DNA from: Candidatus Microgenomatus sp.
GTDB lineage: Bacteria > Patescibacteriota > Microgenomatia > UBA8517
Length of the DNA stretch: 64,000 bases
Direction: 5' to 3'
NCBI GenBank assembly: GCA_020724585.1
Contig: DYGS01000001.1
Coordinates: forward strand, 486,002 to 550,001
Shown here: piece after piece, positions 50,528-59,777 of the stretch
How the letters are laid out: every line of letters starts with the position of its first letter
How positions within the stretch are numbered: the first letter of the stretch is position 1
Program-made: the position numbers and the translations under genes
Notes under the pieces: generated by a model
The model's input: only the letters and a program-made list of their open reading frames with translations
Databases searched by the model: none
Told to the model about the DNA's origin: nothing

Positions 50528-51892
50528 ATGGCTAAAAAAATATCGTATGGTATAGATTTTGGTACCACCAACTCAACAATTGCTTATATCAATGAGAGGG
50601 ACGAACCTGTTAAGTTAAAAATTGACCCAAATGCTGATAATCCCTGCGTTATGCGTTCCGTGATCTATGTTAATCAAAAATTAGACATGTTGTTTGGCAA
50701 ACCTGCTGTTGACGCATACATAACAGATGTCGCTCTAAACAAAGAAAGCAAAAAAAGGATAATTGAAACAGGAAGAATGATAAAAGTCGCCCAACCTGCA
50801 AATGCAGGCGGATTTGTACCAGACAAAATTGTACCTGAAATTATTGAAGTTGAAGAGTCTGATGGAGGAAGGCTCTTGCAAGCACTTAAAAGTAATCTAT
50901 CAAGTCAAATTGTTTCTAATATTAATTTGTTTGGAAGCAACAAACCTATTGAATGGGTGGTGGGACAATTTTTAAAAGAAATGAAGCAAAGAGCTGACGA
51001 AATTATCGGAGAATCTATAAATAAAGTAGTTATAGGTAGACCTGTTGAATACGTTGGCGGTAACAATCAATTAGCCATCGACAGAATGAGATCTGCAGCA
51101 AAAATTGCCGGCTTTAAGGAGATAGAATTTGAATATGAGCCCATAGCAGCTGCATATGATTATGGAATTGATATTAAGAATAAACAAATATCACTAATAT
51201 ACGACTTCGGCGGAGGCACATTAGATATTTCAATCGTAAGATTCCCAGAAAAGGAAGTTTTAGCAAACGTAGGATTGCCAATTGGAGGTGATCATTTTAA
51301 TACAAAAATTTTTACTTCTGAACTTTCACAATATTTTGGGAAGGGTTCAAAATATGGACTAAGACAATTAAGTTTACCTGAAAGCATATTTGCTTCAATG
51401 AAAAACTGGTATTTAATATCATTATTAAAAACAGAAAGTTTTGCCAACAGTATCGAACATTTTAAATTTATGAATACCAACCCCAAAGCACTTTTAGCTC
51501 TAAAATCTTTAGTGTTTAATAACCTAGGATTTGGTATATATGAAGAAATTGAAAAAGTTAAAAAAAATCTCTCTTCAAAGGAATTTGAAAAATATAATTT
51601 TATAGCTAAAGATATTGAAATTAACACTACGATTACTAAAAATGTATTTGAGAAGATAATCCAAGATGATTTAGTTAATATAGACAAAACAATTAATAAA
51701 GCACTTAAAGCAGCAAATATAAAAAGTGAGGAAATAGACGCTGTAGCAACAACAGGAGGATCTTCTTTGATTCCCGCAATCTATAAACAGCTTCAAAATA
51801 AATTTGGAGCCAAAAAGATTAAAGAAAGTGATGCCTTTACGTCAGTTGCCGCAGGACTAGCCCACAGAGCTAAGGAAATTTTTAGTCGTTAG
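50528..51892 (+). CDS. Hsp70-family ATPase lacking a substrate-binding domain (YegD-like)
   Basis: GIDFGTTNS, GRPV, EPIAAA, DFGGGTLD, TGGSSLIP, FTSVAAGLA. Confidence 0.9.
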   Translation: MAKKISYGIDFGTTNSTIAYINERDEPVKLKIDPNADNPCVMRSVIYVNQKLDMLFGKPAVDAYITDVALNKESKKRIIETGRMIKVAQPANAGGFVPDKIVPEIIEVEESDGGRLLQALKSNLSSQIVSNINLFGSNKPIEWVVGQFLKEMKQRADEIIGESINKVVIGRPVEYVGGNNQLAIDRMRSAAKIAGFKEIEFEYEPIAAAYDYGIDIKNKQISLIYDFGGGTLDISIVRFPEKEVLANVGLPIGGDHFNTKIFTSELSQYFGKGSKYGLRQLSLPESIFASMKNWYLISLLKTESFANSIEHFKFMNTNPKALLALKSLVFNNLGFGIYEEIEKVKKNLSSKEFEKYNFIAKDIEINTTITKNVFEKIIQDDLVNIDKTINKALKAANIKSEEIDAVATTGGSSLIPAIYKQLQNKFGAKKIKESDAFTSVAAGLAHRAKEIFSR

Positions 51893-51906
51893 GATTATAA
51901 TCAATC

Positions 51907-52674
51907 ATGGCTAATAATTTCTGGGAATATTACGATCTCTTCGATAAAAATCAATATATAGATACTAAGCGTACAGATAATGAAATCAATTTCATCAAAA
52001 AGTATCTACCTTTAAATAAATACAAAAAAATAATTGATGTTGCCTGTGGTACAGGTAGAATAGCAATACCCCTTTCAAAAAGTGGTTATACTTTATTAGG
52101 TATAGACAATAATAAAGATTTTATAAATCAAGCAAAAAAGGAGGCTTTAAATAACTTCACTAATATAAATTTTATTAATTCAGACTATAGAGATTTACCA
52201 GATATCTTAGAATTTGACGCCGCAATTTTTATATATTCCTCGTTTGGTTATTTTAGCGACAGAGAAAACATAAAATTACTTAGAAGTATAAACACGAGAC
52301 TCCGAGACAATGGTCTAATTATTTTAGATAATTTAAATTATTATTGGGCCAAGAATAAACCAGAGGGTTTTTGGAAGGATTTAACTACAAGATTTGAGGA
52401 TAATTTTTTGAAGTTGCACAATTTTTCTCAAATTAAAAGGTTAAGGCTAATAACTGAGGATGACAAATATGAAAAGACTACATATAAAGTTAGATACAAT
52501 AGTGGTAAAATACAAACAGCTAGTTTTAAACAAAGACTTTTTAATAAACAGGATATGGACAATTTCCTTAAAAAGTCAGGTTTTAAAACATTAAATATTT
52601 TCGGCGACTTTGAAATGTCAACTTATACCAAAAAAAGTCCGAGAATAATTGTTATTGCTAAAAAAATAAAATAA
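51907..52674 (+). CDS. Class I SAM-dependent methyltransferase
   Basis: IIDVACGTGR, SFGYF, GDF....Y...SPR.I..AKK. Confidence 0.92.
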   Translation: MANNFWEYYDLFDKNQYIDTKRTDNEINFIKKYLPLNKYKKIIDVACGTGRIAIPLSKSGYTLLGIDNNKDFINQAKKEALNNFTNINFINSDYRDLPDILEFDAAIFIYSSFGYFSDRENIKLLRSINTRLRDNGLIILDNLNYYWAKNKPEGFWKDLTTRFEDNFLKLHNFSQIKRLRLITEDDKYEKTTYKVRYNSGKIQTASFKQRLFNKQDMDNFLKKSGFKTLNIFGDFEMSTYTKKSPRIIVIAKKIK

Positions 52675-52676
52675 GT

Positions 52677-53450
52677 ATGAAAAAAATAACAGATGTTCAA
52701 GGCCAAGTAGATTTACGTGACCTTGATATCAAAAAGGTCGGTATAACAGGATATGCATATAGAGGTATGTTGTTGCTCGGAAAAGAAATTGTTCCTGCAC
52801 AAGGAACAGCTAATTGTTTCGCCTACCTAGACAAAAGTAAAAAAGGAACACATATGTCACGCATGTCAAGGAATTTGAATCAACTAATTGACAAAACAAT
52901 TTCGCTTGATAATTTTGAACCTGTCTTACAAAAAATATATTCGGATTTAGAAACCCCTCAAATATATGTAGAAATAACAGCCAATTCAATTAGAACAAAA
53001 GAATCACCTGTATCTAAAAATGTTGGATTTGAGGAATTTAAAATTAACCTAGATCTAAAAATAGACAATGGTGACTTCTACGGAACATGTACGCTAGCAT
53101 TTACAGGTACATCTTTGTGCCCCGCATCAAAAACAAATAGCAAGCATGGTGCCCACAATCAAAGGTCAGTAGTTAAAGTCAAGTTTCCATTTGAAGAAAT
53201 CAATAAATTAGGCGACTATTTACACACAGCGGAAGAACAATTAAGCGCAATCGTGTACCCAGTAATTAAGTTAGACGACGAGGCCTATATTACAGAGAAG
53301 GCTTATGAAAATGCTAAATTTGTTGAAGATATTGTACGCGATGTTGTCAGAGGTCTCCAAAAGAACGATTTAAAATTTACATTAGTTTCATGCGAAAACC
53401 TCGAGTCAATACATACGCACAATGCATATGCTGAAATTGTTATTAAATAA
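52677..53450 (+). CDS. folE2: GTP cyclohydrolase IB
   Basis: DVQ, KVGI, KGTHMSR, TSLCPASK...GAHNQRS, DE..ITE.AY.NAKFVED.VR, ESIH.HNA. Confidence 0.92.
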   Translation: MKKITDVQGQVDLRDLDIKKVGITGYAYRGMLLLGKEIVPAQGTANCFAYLDKSKKGTHMSRMSRNLNQLIDKTISLDNFEPVLQKIYSDLETPQIYVEITANSIRTKESPVSKNVGFEEFKINLDLKIDNGDFYGTCTLAFTGTSLCPASKTNSKHGAHNQRSVVKVKFPFEEINKLGDYLHTAEEQLSAIVYPVIKLDDEAYITEKAYENAKFVEDIVRDVVRGLQKNDLKFTLVSCENLESIHTHNAYAEIVIK

Positions 53451-54724
53451 TGAATTATTTTTTGACTGGAAAAAAAATAACAGAAAACTTTGTTAACAAC
53501 TTAACTTCAGTTAATAAAAACATTAGTTTTCTTGTAGCAGGAGGATTGGGTTATGATTCAATAAAATATAAAGGGTCTAATACATACGGCGACTATGACT
53601 TTTTGTGTTTGGTTGAAAAACCTGAAGATATAGAATCAATTATTTTTAATAAAGATCTTCTTAGTAAAATGGGGTTTGACTGTAGTAAATCGAAAGACGT
53701 TTACAAAAAGGATATTCAGCTATTTAATCAAGGAGTGATATCAATTATTGGTTACTCCGGAATTGTAGATAGATACAAAACATCAATAAACTTCAGTACT
53801 TATAGTCGAATATCTTCAATGATTTCAAATCCAAATAAGAAATTCTATAAAATAAGGCACGGCGAATGTTTTAATTTGTTTATTGCTAAAGGAACAAATG
53901 GGGATGATTTAATTGTTTGTAGAATATCACCAGAAGTATCATCATTTTATAATGACAGTAAGCTTCATTTTTTAGTACCAAGCGTGGGATGGCTTACAAA
54001 CGGTGATTCAATACATTTAGGTATTTATACCGATATGATTTCAAAGGGGTACGTAGCCTACGACCAGAACAATAAACTAATAAATATACAAAAAACCATA
54101 TGGCAAAAAATGGTGCAACACGCTTCTCCTGAAATCTCATTAAAAAACGAATGGTATAGAATGTTCGCTAGTTCACATTATTTCTCGAAGAGTTTTATAA
54201 CTAGAATTAACAGATCATTAAAAGCTATTGCCTTGAGCATAAATTGCCCGCCGAGTAAAAACTACTCAACAAAGAAAATTCACAACACTCTAGTCACAAT
54301 ATTTGCTGAGAAAAAGTATTATACGCCAGATAAATTGTCTGATAAATCTGCTAAATTAGATTATTTCATTAGAAACGACAAATATTATTCACTCGCACAG
54401 ATTATAAATGATGATTCTAAAGGTAAATTAGACTTTATGAACCAACTACATTATATTAACGCAGAATCAAATAGACTTAGTAATTTAATTTCATTATCAG
54501 CAAATAAGAATGAGATACTTCCTGTAAAAATGGACTGCAAATCTGTATATGTAAATGCAGACGGTAAATTTTACTATTCAAGCAAGACAAGATCTCGGTT
54601 AAATTTACTTGCTCATCTACTAGATTCGAATAAAAAAGATGAAGAAGTTTATTCAAGCTCTTTTTCTGTACTATTCAAACAAATAAACGAGTTGAGGAAT
54701 CAGGTCACAGATTACATTAAATAA
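53450..54724 (+). CDS. Hypothetical protein with a Pol-beta-like nucleotidyltransferase motif
   Basis: LVAGGLGY...YGDYDFLCL (hG[GS]x(n)DxD); translationally coupled to folE2. Confidence 0.55.
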   Translation: MNYFLTGKKITENFVNNLTSVNKNISFLVAGGLGYDSIKYKGSNTYGDYDFLCLVEKPEDIESIIFNKDLLSKMGFDCSKSKDVYKKDIQLFNQGVISIIGYSGIVDRYKTSINFSTYSRISSMISNPNKKFYKIRHGECFNLFIAKGTNGDDLIVCRISPEVSSFYNDSKLHFLVPSVGWLTNGDSIHLGIYTDMISKGYVAYDQNNKLINIQKTIWQKMVQHASPEISLKNEWYRMFASSHYFSKSFITRINRSLKAIALSINCPPSKNYSTKKIHNTLVTIFAEKKYYTPDKLSDKSAKLDYFIRNDKYYSLAQIINDDSKGKLDFMNQLHYINAESNRLSNLISLSANKNEILPVKMDCKSVYVNADGKFYYSSKTRSRLNLLAHLLDSNKKDEEVYSSSFSVLFKQINELRNQVTDYIK

Positions 54725-54727
54725 AAT

Positions 54728-55879
54728 GTGCGTATGTCAAGTGATATAACTATAAATACTAAATTATATAAACAAATATTTGAGGAAACTACAAATATAC
54801 ACGATGATACAGTCTCAACCGTTGACCATGTTTTTGGCAGCCCTCCTTTAAGACTCATTGATAGCCACTCAAAAATGATAAAGTTTAATTCCGCGACTCC
54901 AATCTTGTGGGATACAACCAAGCCAAATATTGATAAGTACAGAGTTGAATTAATATTGGATCTTGGATTTTTATCATCTAAAAATAATGAGTATCTACTT
55001 TATAACCCGCGAGAATACTATTGTTTATCTGAAACAAGAGATGTTAATTTTAACAAGCAAAGGGAACAGTTGAAATGTATTATGAAACATCCATTCTTAA
55101 ATACTATTTCATCTAGTGATAAACAAAAATATCTTAATAGAGTTGATAAACTAATTAACATCTATTCTGAGTTGTTGCATAATAAAGCCAATTGTAGTGA
55201 TTTTTATATACAGCTGTTATCAGAAATCTATAAACTATTAGGATTCACAGATTTATCAAGTTTTATTAGCAATAAAATGATTTCACAATATAATTCAGGT
55301 CTTATTGACAAATATATTCCGGAAATGATTACCATAACAAAAAATGATGTCTTTGGGTTTTTGAATCTGCTTGATAAAGGGAGTTTCTTTACACCACCTT
55401 ATTTTAGATCAATAAAACCTAATATATATGGAGTTGATAAATTTGATAAAAATGAGGTTATCAAAAATATTGAGTTAATCATTAAGCTACTTCAGAAGAA
55501 AGTTATTTTACCTCACCATTCAATTTATTTTTGGGCTTGGGGTTTGTCTGGAATCAATCATTTTGGTAACGATTACGGCGACTTTACACAGATTGAAGAT
55601 ACACTGTTAAATTTAAATATCAAAAATAACATTTCAAAATTACAATTAACATTACCAAAACAGGATGGTTTGAATTTTGCATTTTTTAAAAATACATGCA
55701 CTTTTTCATCAAAAAAAGCATTGAGCACAACTAAATTTAATGTTAGTAATACAAAACCATCAAGGGCTAGTAATATTTGTTCAATCTATTTAAATTCAGG
55801 GGATCATTTTATTGAATATTGGAATGATTATAAAAATTACAAAAAAATATCTGAGCTAGATATGAAAAATATTGTTTAG
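54728..55879 (+). CDS. Hypothetical protein
   Basis: 383-aa ORF co-directional with the folE2 operon; no motif recognised. Confidence 0.7.
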   Translation: MRMSSDITINTKLYKQIFEETTNIHDDTVSTVDHVFGSPPLRLIDSHSKMIKFNSATPILWDTTKPNIDKYRVELILDLGFLSSKNNEYLLYNPREYYCLSETRDVNFNKQREQLKCIMKHPFLNTISSSDKQKYLNRVDKLINIYSELLHNKANCSDFYIQLLSEIYKLLGFTDLSSFISNKMISQYNSGLIDKYIPEMITITKNDVFGFLNLLDKGSFFTPPYFRSIKPNIYGVDKFDKNEVIKNIELIIKLLQKKVILPHHSIYFWAWGLSGINHFGNDYGDFTQIEDTLLNLNIKNNISKLQLTLPKQDGLNFAFFKNTCTFSSKKALSTTKFNVSNTKPSRASNICSIYLNSGDHFIEYWNDYKNYKKISELDMKNIV

Positions 55880-56547
55880 AGCATTCTCAATCTATTAAGT
55901 AACTCTTGATTATTATCTTCTGAAATGGATTTTGCATATCTGGTTACTGTATACGCACGTTTGTATTCGTCCATCTTATCTTGTTCGTTTAATCTAAGCG
56001 CAAGCAATAACCTTATTTTTTCTCTAGGATGAATTTCTTGGTACTCTGTAACTAATACATTCTTGCCTGCTTTCAAAGATTCCAATGCATTTTCTCGGCT
56101 ACTTTTAAATAGTCGGATCGAATAAAAGGTTAGAACATTACCAATTTTAAAATATCTATCTAATGCCTCTTCGTGACCATAATCAAACTCCTCATCTAGT
56201 AATCTACTATCTCTAACTGGCAATGGATAAAAATCAACAAACTCAATTTTATTTTGTCCTAAAAAATTAGCTGGATTTGAATCAATGCCATATCGATCAA
56301 ATTTGAGTTTTGTTAATGCCTGAACAATTTCAGAAATGTTTCTAGACTCTTTGGAAGCTATCACGTCTTGTTCAAAAACTAAAGAATTATCAACAAATCT
56401 TACATTTGTTGTGGGTGAACTTATCCCTACATCCCCCAACCAATCTCTATACCCCTGTAATTCATTTTTAATTACTTCATATGCATATTCTGTTGCTGGA
56501 ACTCTTTTATATATAGTCTGATTGTCTATATGAATTTCAGCCCTCAT
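55876..56547 (-). CDS. Hypothetical protein, protein-kinase-like fold
   Basis: IYK, GIDSNPANF (DxxxxN loop), FVDFYP (DFG-like). Confidence 0.55.
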   Translation of the reverse strand: MRAEIHIDNQTIYKRVPATEYAYEVIKNELQGYRDWLGDVGISSPTTNVRFVDNSLVFEQDVIASKESRNISEIVQALTKLKFDRYGIDSNPANFLGQNKIEFVDFYPLPVRDSRLLDEEFDYGHEEALDRYFKIGNVLTFYSIRLFKSSRENALESLKAGKNVLVTEYQEIHPREKIRLLLALRLNEQDKMDEYKRAYTVTRYAKSISEDNNQELLNRLRML

Positions 56548-57118
56548 AGTATTTTAGTTTGTCATCCAGTAAATTTTCTAGATGAGCCTCTGTTTTTAAG
56601 AGGGTCTCTTGAAAATTACCATTGTTTTGAATTAATTTGAATTTTTTATTCTGATGATATTTTACGTTCTTGATGCCGTGTTCCTTAATTGATCGTTTAA
56701 AATGTGTGTTAGGATATTCACCACGAACATATATTATCTCCTCTTCTACATCTAATATTACACCGCCAATAACTTTTTCATTCGAGGTTAAATACTGGGT
56801 GTCTGTTTGAACTCCGTCAAATATAGCGTTAACTCCAGTTGAATCGTATGAATCAATCATAAAATCAATAGCTTTATTGAAAATAATATTAGCTTCATTG
56901 TGTTCAAAATTCTCTAATTGATTAACAGGTATGTCTGGCCTAAAAAAACGTAGCAGTTTGCTAATAATGCCTAAGTTAACTGACTGATAAAAATCATATT
57001 TCTTAATAATCTCTTTTGTTAAGGCTGTCTTGCCCGTTGAATTATTCCCAGTTATAAAAAAGATAACAGGTGCACCTTTTTGATTGAGTTTTTTTATTTT
57101 ATCGTTTATTTCGCTCAT
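56537..57118 (-). CDS. P-loop kinase (2-phosphoglycerate/nucleotide kinase-like)
   Basis: IFFITGNNSTGKT Walker A, AIFDGVQ. Confidence 0.7.
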   Translation of the reverse strand: MSEINDKIKKLNQKGAPVIFFITGNNSTGKTALTKEIIKKYDFYQSVNLGIISKLLRFFRPDIPVNQLENFEHNEANIIFNKAIDFMIDSYDSTGVNAIFDGVQTDTQYLTSNEKVIGGVILDVEEEIIYVRGEYPNTHFKRSIKEHGIKNVKYHQNKKFKLIQNNGNFQETLLKTEAHLENLLDDKLKYYEG

Positions 57119-57164
57119 AATTTAAATTATACAGTAATAATTACGTTTGTGATAAAATCTAAAT

Positions 57165-57797
57165 ATGAATTTATATTTAGTTAGACATGGCAAAACTGAT
57201 GCAAAAGAAAATAACAAAAAACAAGATCCTACAACACCTTTAAGTGTCGAGGGCATAAAACAAGCTGAGGCTGTAGCCGATAGACTTTTAAAAGAGCAAG
57301 TAGACGTACTTATTTCAAGCAAATGGGACAGGGCATACCAAACTGCAGAATTTATATCTAAAAAACTTAGTCTTGATTTAACTACCACTGAAGGGATACA
57401 AGAAAAAGAACACAATCCAATTATCTATGGCGTAGATCGAAATAGTGAAGTATTTAAGAAGTTTAATGAAGAATCTGAAACTTTAGGTAACAACCTAGAT
57501 TGGAAATTTGAAGGCAAGGGTGAATCTGTTAGAGATTTGATTAACAGAGCGATTAAATTTCAAAAGTATCTAATTGATAATTATTCAGATAAAAATGTAT
57601 TAGTTGTAAGTCATGGACAATTTATTCGAGCCTTTACGATTATTTCTCTATTAGGTTTAGACTACAACGATGAAACATTTTATAAATTATATACAAGCAT
57701 ATCTCCAAGCAATACAGGAATAACACATTTTGAATATGATACAGAAAGAGACCATTGGGAACTTGTTTATTTTAATGACCATCTTCATATTAGATAA
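57165..57797 (+). CDS. Histidine phosphatase family protein
   Basis: LVRHG.T, S...RA.QTA, GES, VVSHG, N.GIT, ND..H. Confidence 0.92.
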   Translation: MNLYLVRHGKTDAKENNKKQDPTTPLSVEGIKQAEAVADRLLKEQVDVLISSKWDRAYQTAEFISKKLSLDLTTTEGIQEKEHNPIIYGVDRNSEVFKKFNEESETLGNNLDWKFEGKGESVRDLINRAIKFQKYLIDNYSDKNVLVVSHGQFIRAFTIISLLGLDYNDETFYKLYTSISPSNTGITHFEYDTERDHWELVYFNDHLHIR

Positions 57798-57800
57798 ATC

Positions 57801-58541
57801 CTAAATTGTAGTTGTTGGAGCAGGGGTTGGTTCCATGGTTGAAACAACTGTAGGAATAGGAGTGGATGTTTCAGTTGGCTTTGGTGTTGGAGTAACTGTA
57901 GGAATTGGTACTGGTGTTGTTGATAATACTTCAAGATCTTGTATATCTTCAACTTCAAGTACTTTGTTTTTTGAATCATATGTACCTACTGCAAGTATTC
58001 TTTTTCCAACAAGAGAATTTAAATTAAAACCAATTGGTATTTCAAGAGTTACCGCTTCTGTAGAAGTAGTAATTAAATAGAATTTAACAGGATTAGTATT
58101 TGTTTTTGTTAATGTTCCTTTTAATGCAGTATCTTTTAGTAACTCAGGTTGTGGAGTTGGGGTTTTATTAGTGACAATTGCACTGTTAAATTTAAGGTTA
58201 GGAAAGAACATTGGAAAAACAACTCCTCCTAACCCAAATACTCCTGAAAATATAATTAAGGCTAGACCAAAAATTGTTAGTGGTTTAACCTTAATTTTCA
58301 TCTCTAACCCTTCATTTGCAAGTATTCTTTTCCACCAGTATTTAATATATACAAGTGGATTAGTTACTTTTAAATTAACAAGATCAGGTGGATTAGTAGT
58401 GTTTACACTTGTTGGGTTGTTTGTAGTTATTGTAATTGGTGGTAGTTTAGTTACATCTTCTTTTGGAACAAACTTTCCGTCAGCATCACGTTTCTGATTC
58501 TTTGCAATATTACTTCTAATTGGATCAACTGTTTCATCCAT
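57801..58541 (-). CDS. Membrane protein with Pro/Thr-rich tail
   Basis: TM segment, small beta domain, PT-repeat C-terminus. Confidence 0.75.
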   Translation of the reverse strand: MDETVDPIRSNIAKNQKRDADGKFVPKEDVTKLPPITITTNNPTSVNTTNPPDLVNLKVTNPLVYIKYWWKRILANEGLEMKIKVKPLTIFGLALIIFSGVFGLGGVVFPMFFPNLKFNSAIVTNKTPTPQPELLKDTALKGTLTKTNTNPVKFYLITTSTEAVTLEIPIGFNLNSLVGKRILAVGTYDSKNKVLEVEDIQDLEVLSTTPVPIPTVTPTPKPTETSTPIPTVVSTMEPTPAPTTTI

Positions 58542-58619
58542 ACAATATAAATATATTCCTGTAGAAATTAAGAAGCAATGGCAATTTAAAAAGGTATATA
58601 ATAAATTTATTCATAGACA

Positions 58620-59117
58620 ATGAAACTAAACAAAATACATATATTCTTATTGATATCCTTTGCTTTTATTGCCATTTTATTTTCAACCTCAAATGTTTCT
58701 GCAGGTGGTGGTCCACAATTTGTTTGTAAAGAAATGGCTCAAAAACAAGGATGGTTAATTGATGACACAAAGTTTGATGAAGATTTATCTAGTAATGCTT
58801 GTATTTCAAGAAACCCAACAACTGAAGAAAAAGATAAAATTTTTGAATTTTGTAAGGCAGAACCAAAAGGAGAATTTAGGATTGATTGTTTAGATAAATG
58901 TAGAAAGTATTATTCTGACACTACATTTCGTGAATGTAGTAAAAATGAAATTAGCTCAATAAAATCTGCGATGTTTACATCTAAGGCTAAGAGTATTTTT
59001 AATAGACAATTAACATTAACAGAAACAATTGTTGTTGCTTTTGTGGTTGTTTTAATCTTCTACTTAATTGTTTCCTTATTTAAAAGTAAAAAATCTTCAA
59101 ATAAACAAAGTGTCTAA
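58620..59117 (+). CDS. Secreted/membrane-anchored Cys-rich hypothetical protein
   Basis: Signal peptide, 6 Cys, C-terminal TM segment and basic tail. Confidence 0.75.
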   Translation: MKLNKIHIFLLISFAFIAILFSTSNVSAGGGPQFVCKEMAQKQGWLIDDTKFDEDLSSNACISRNPTTEEKDKIFEFCKAEPKGEFRIDCLDKCRKYYSDTTFRECSKNEISSIKSAMFTSKAKSIFNRQLTLTETIVVAFVVVLIFYLIVSLFKSKKSSNKQSV

Positions 59118-59128
59118 TAACTGTTCCG

Positions 59129-59335
59129 TCCTGCCCTATACATTGGCCAAAGGCCAACCACACCTGTAAGCTCTGGAGTGTTTTTGTGTTGGGCAGGATT
59201 CCCTGTTAAGGGAATATTTCAGGAGCAATGATTTTGTTGTTCTGCCTTCTAACCAAGTGCTGTGCCAAAGGCACTTTGTAGCTGTTTTCTAGCACTTGGT
59301 TTAGTTGCCCTAAATGGGCAAATTGCGACTGAAAT
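59129..59335 (+). ncRNA. Candidate structured ncRNA or folded ssDNA element (unknown family)
   Basis: At least 7 nested stems including ATTTCAG-GA-GCAAT/ATTGC-GA-CTGAAAT and AACCAAGTGCT/AGCACTTGGTT. Confidence 0.55.
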
Positions 59336-59356
59336 TGTTCTAGTTTTAGGTACTTT

Positions 59357-59480
59357 AACGGTAACGGTAGCCGTTACCGTCAGCCGTCAACCGTCATACG
59401 GTAGTTTGGCCGAAAATACGGCTATTTGACGGATTCTGTAAAGTACCTGACGGGTATCCGTCAAGCCCTTCATAAGGGCT
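59357..59480. repeat. CCGTCA/TGACGG iteron-like cluster with hairpins
   Basis: CCGTCA at 59377, 59384, 59391, 59458; TGACGG at 59427, 59448; 10-bp IR ACGGTAACGG-TAG-CCGTTACCGT. Confidence 0.7.
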
Positions 59481-59507
59481 AACTACAAATAATCCCCTTT
59501 TCCTTAA

Positions 59508-59774
59508 AGTGGGTAAGCGGAAGGCCGGAACGAGCGAAGCGAGTGGAGGCCTGGAGCGCACACACGATATGGGTTAGCGAAGCTCCGCGAAGCGGAGCTG
59601 AGCGGGAACCCGATGCTCCGCAACAATTCCTTCCCCTTTAACCCCTCCCTTGTTGCTCCGCTCACACATCAAAATTTTGTGGTAAACAAGTTTGTCACTT
59701 TCGTGATAAAATATGCTTTGTACTTTAGAAATTTTGAATAAAATAAGTTCGTGCCTTTTCATACAAAGGCACAA
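59508..59774 (+). repeat. att arm B (267 bp) at attR; inverted repeat of 38762-39028
   Basis: Reverse complement of 38762-39028; only one mismatch seen (at 39008). Confidence 0.95.
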
Positions 59775-59777
59775 AAA

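Larger units (their letters stand above)
37101..59774. mobile_element. 22.7-kb genomic island integrated at the tRNA-Leu 3' end by a large serine recombinase
   Basis: 5-bp direct repeat CACAA at 37101-37105 and 59770-59774; the joined ends reproduce the internal attP copy at 38700-39028; recombinase, R-M and accessory cargo inside; efp/tRNA and dnaB outside. Confidence 0.9.

Noticed and set aside
52677-53450. Dpd/7-deazaguanine DNA modification system
   Set aside because: queC/D/E and dpdA/tgt homologues were not recognised in the island
38699-59774. Duplicate small ORFs 38699-38962 and 59574-59774 (…KRHELILFKISK…) as a paralogous gene pair or RDF
   Set aside because: Their identity is explained by the 267-bp inverted repeat; TTG starts, and the meaningful frame is the alternative integrase tail; cannot be fully excluded without Ribo-seq
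37101-59774. Prophage or ICE
   Set aside because: No structural, terminase, relaxase or T4SS genes recognised
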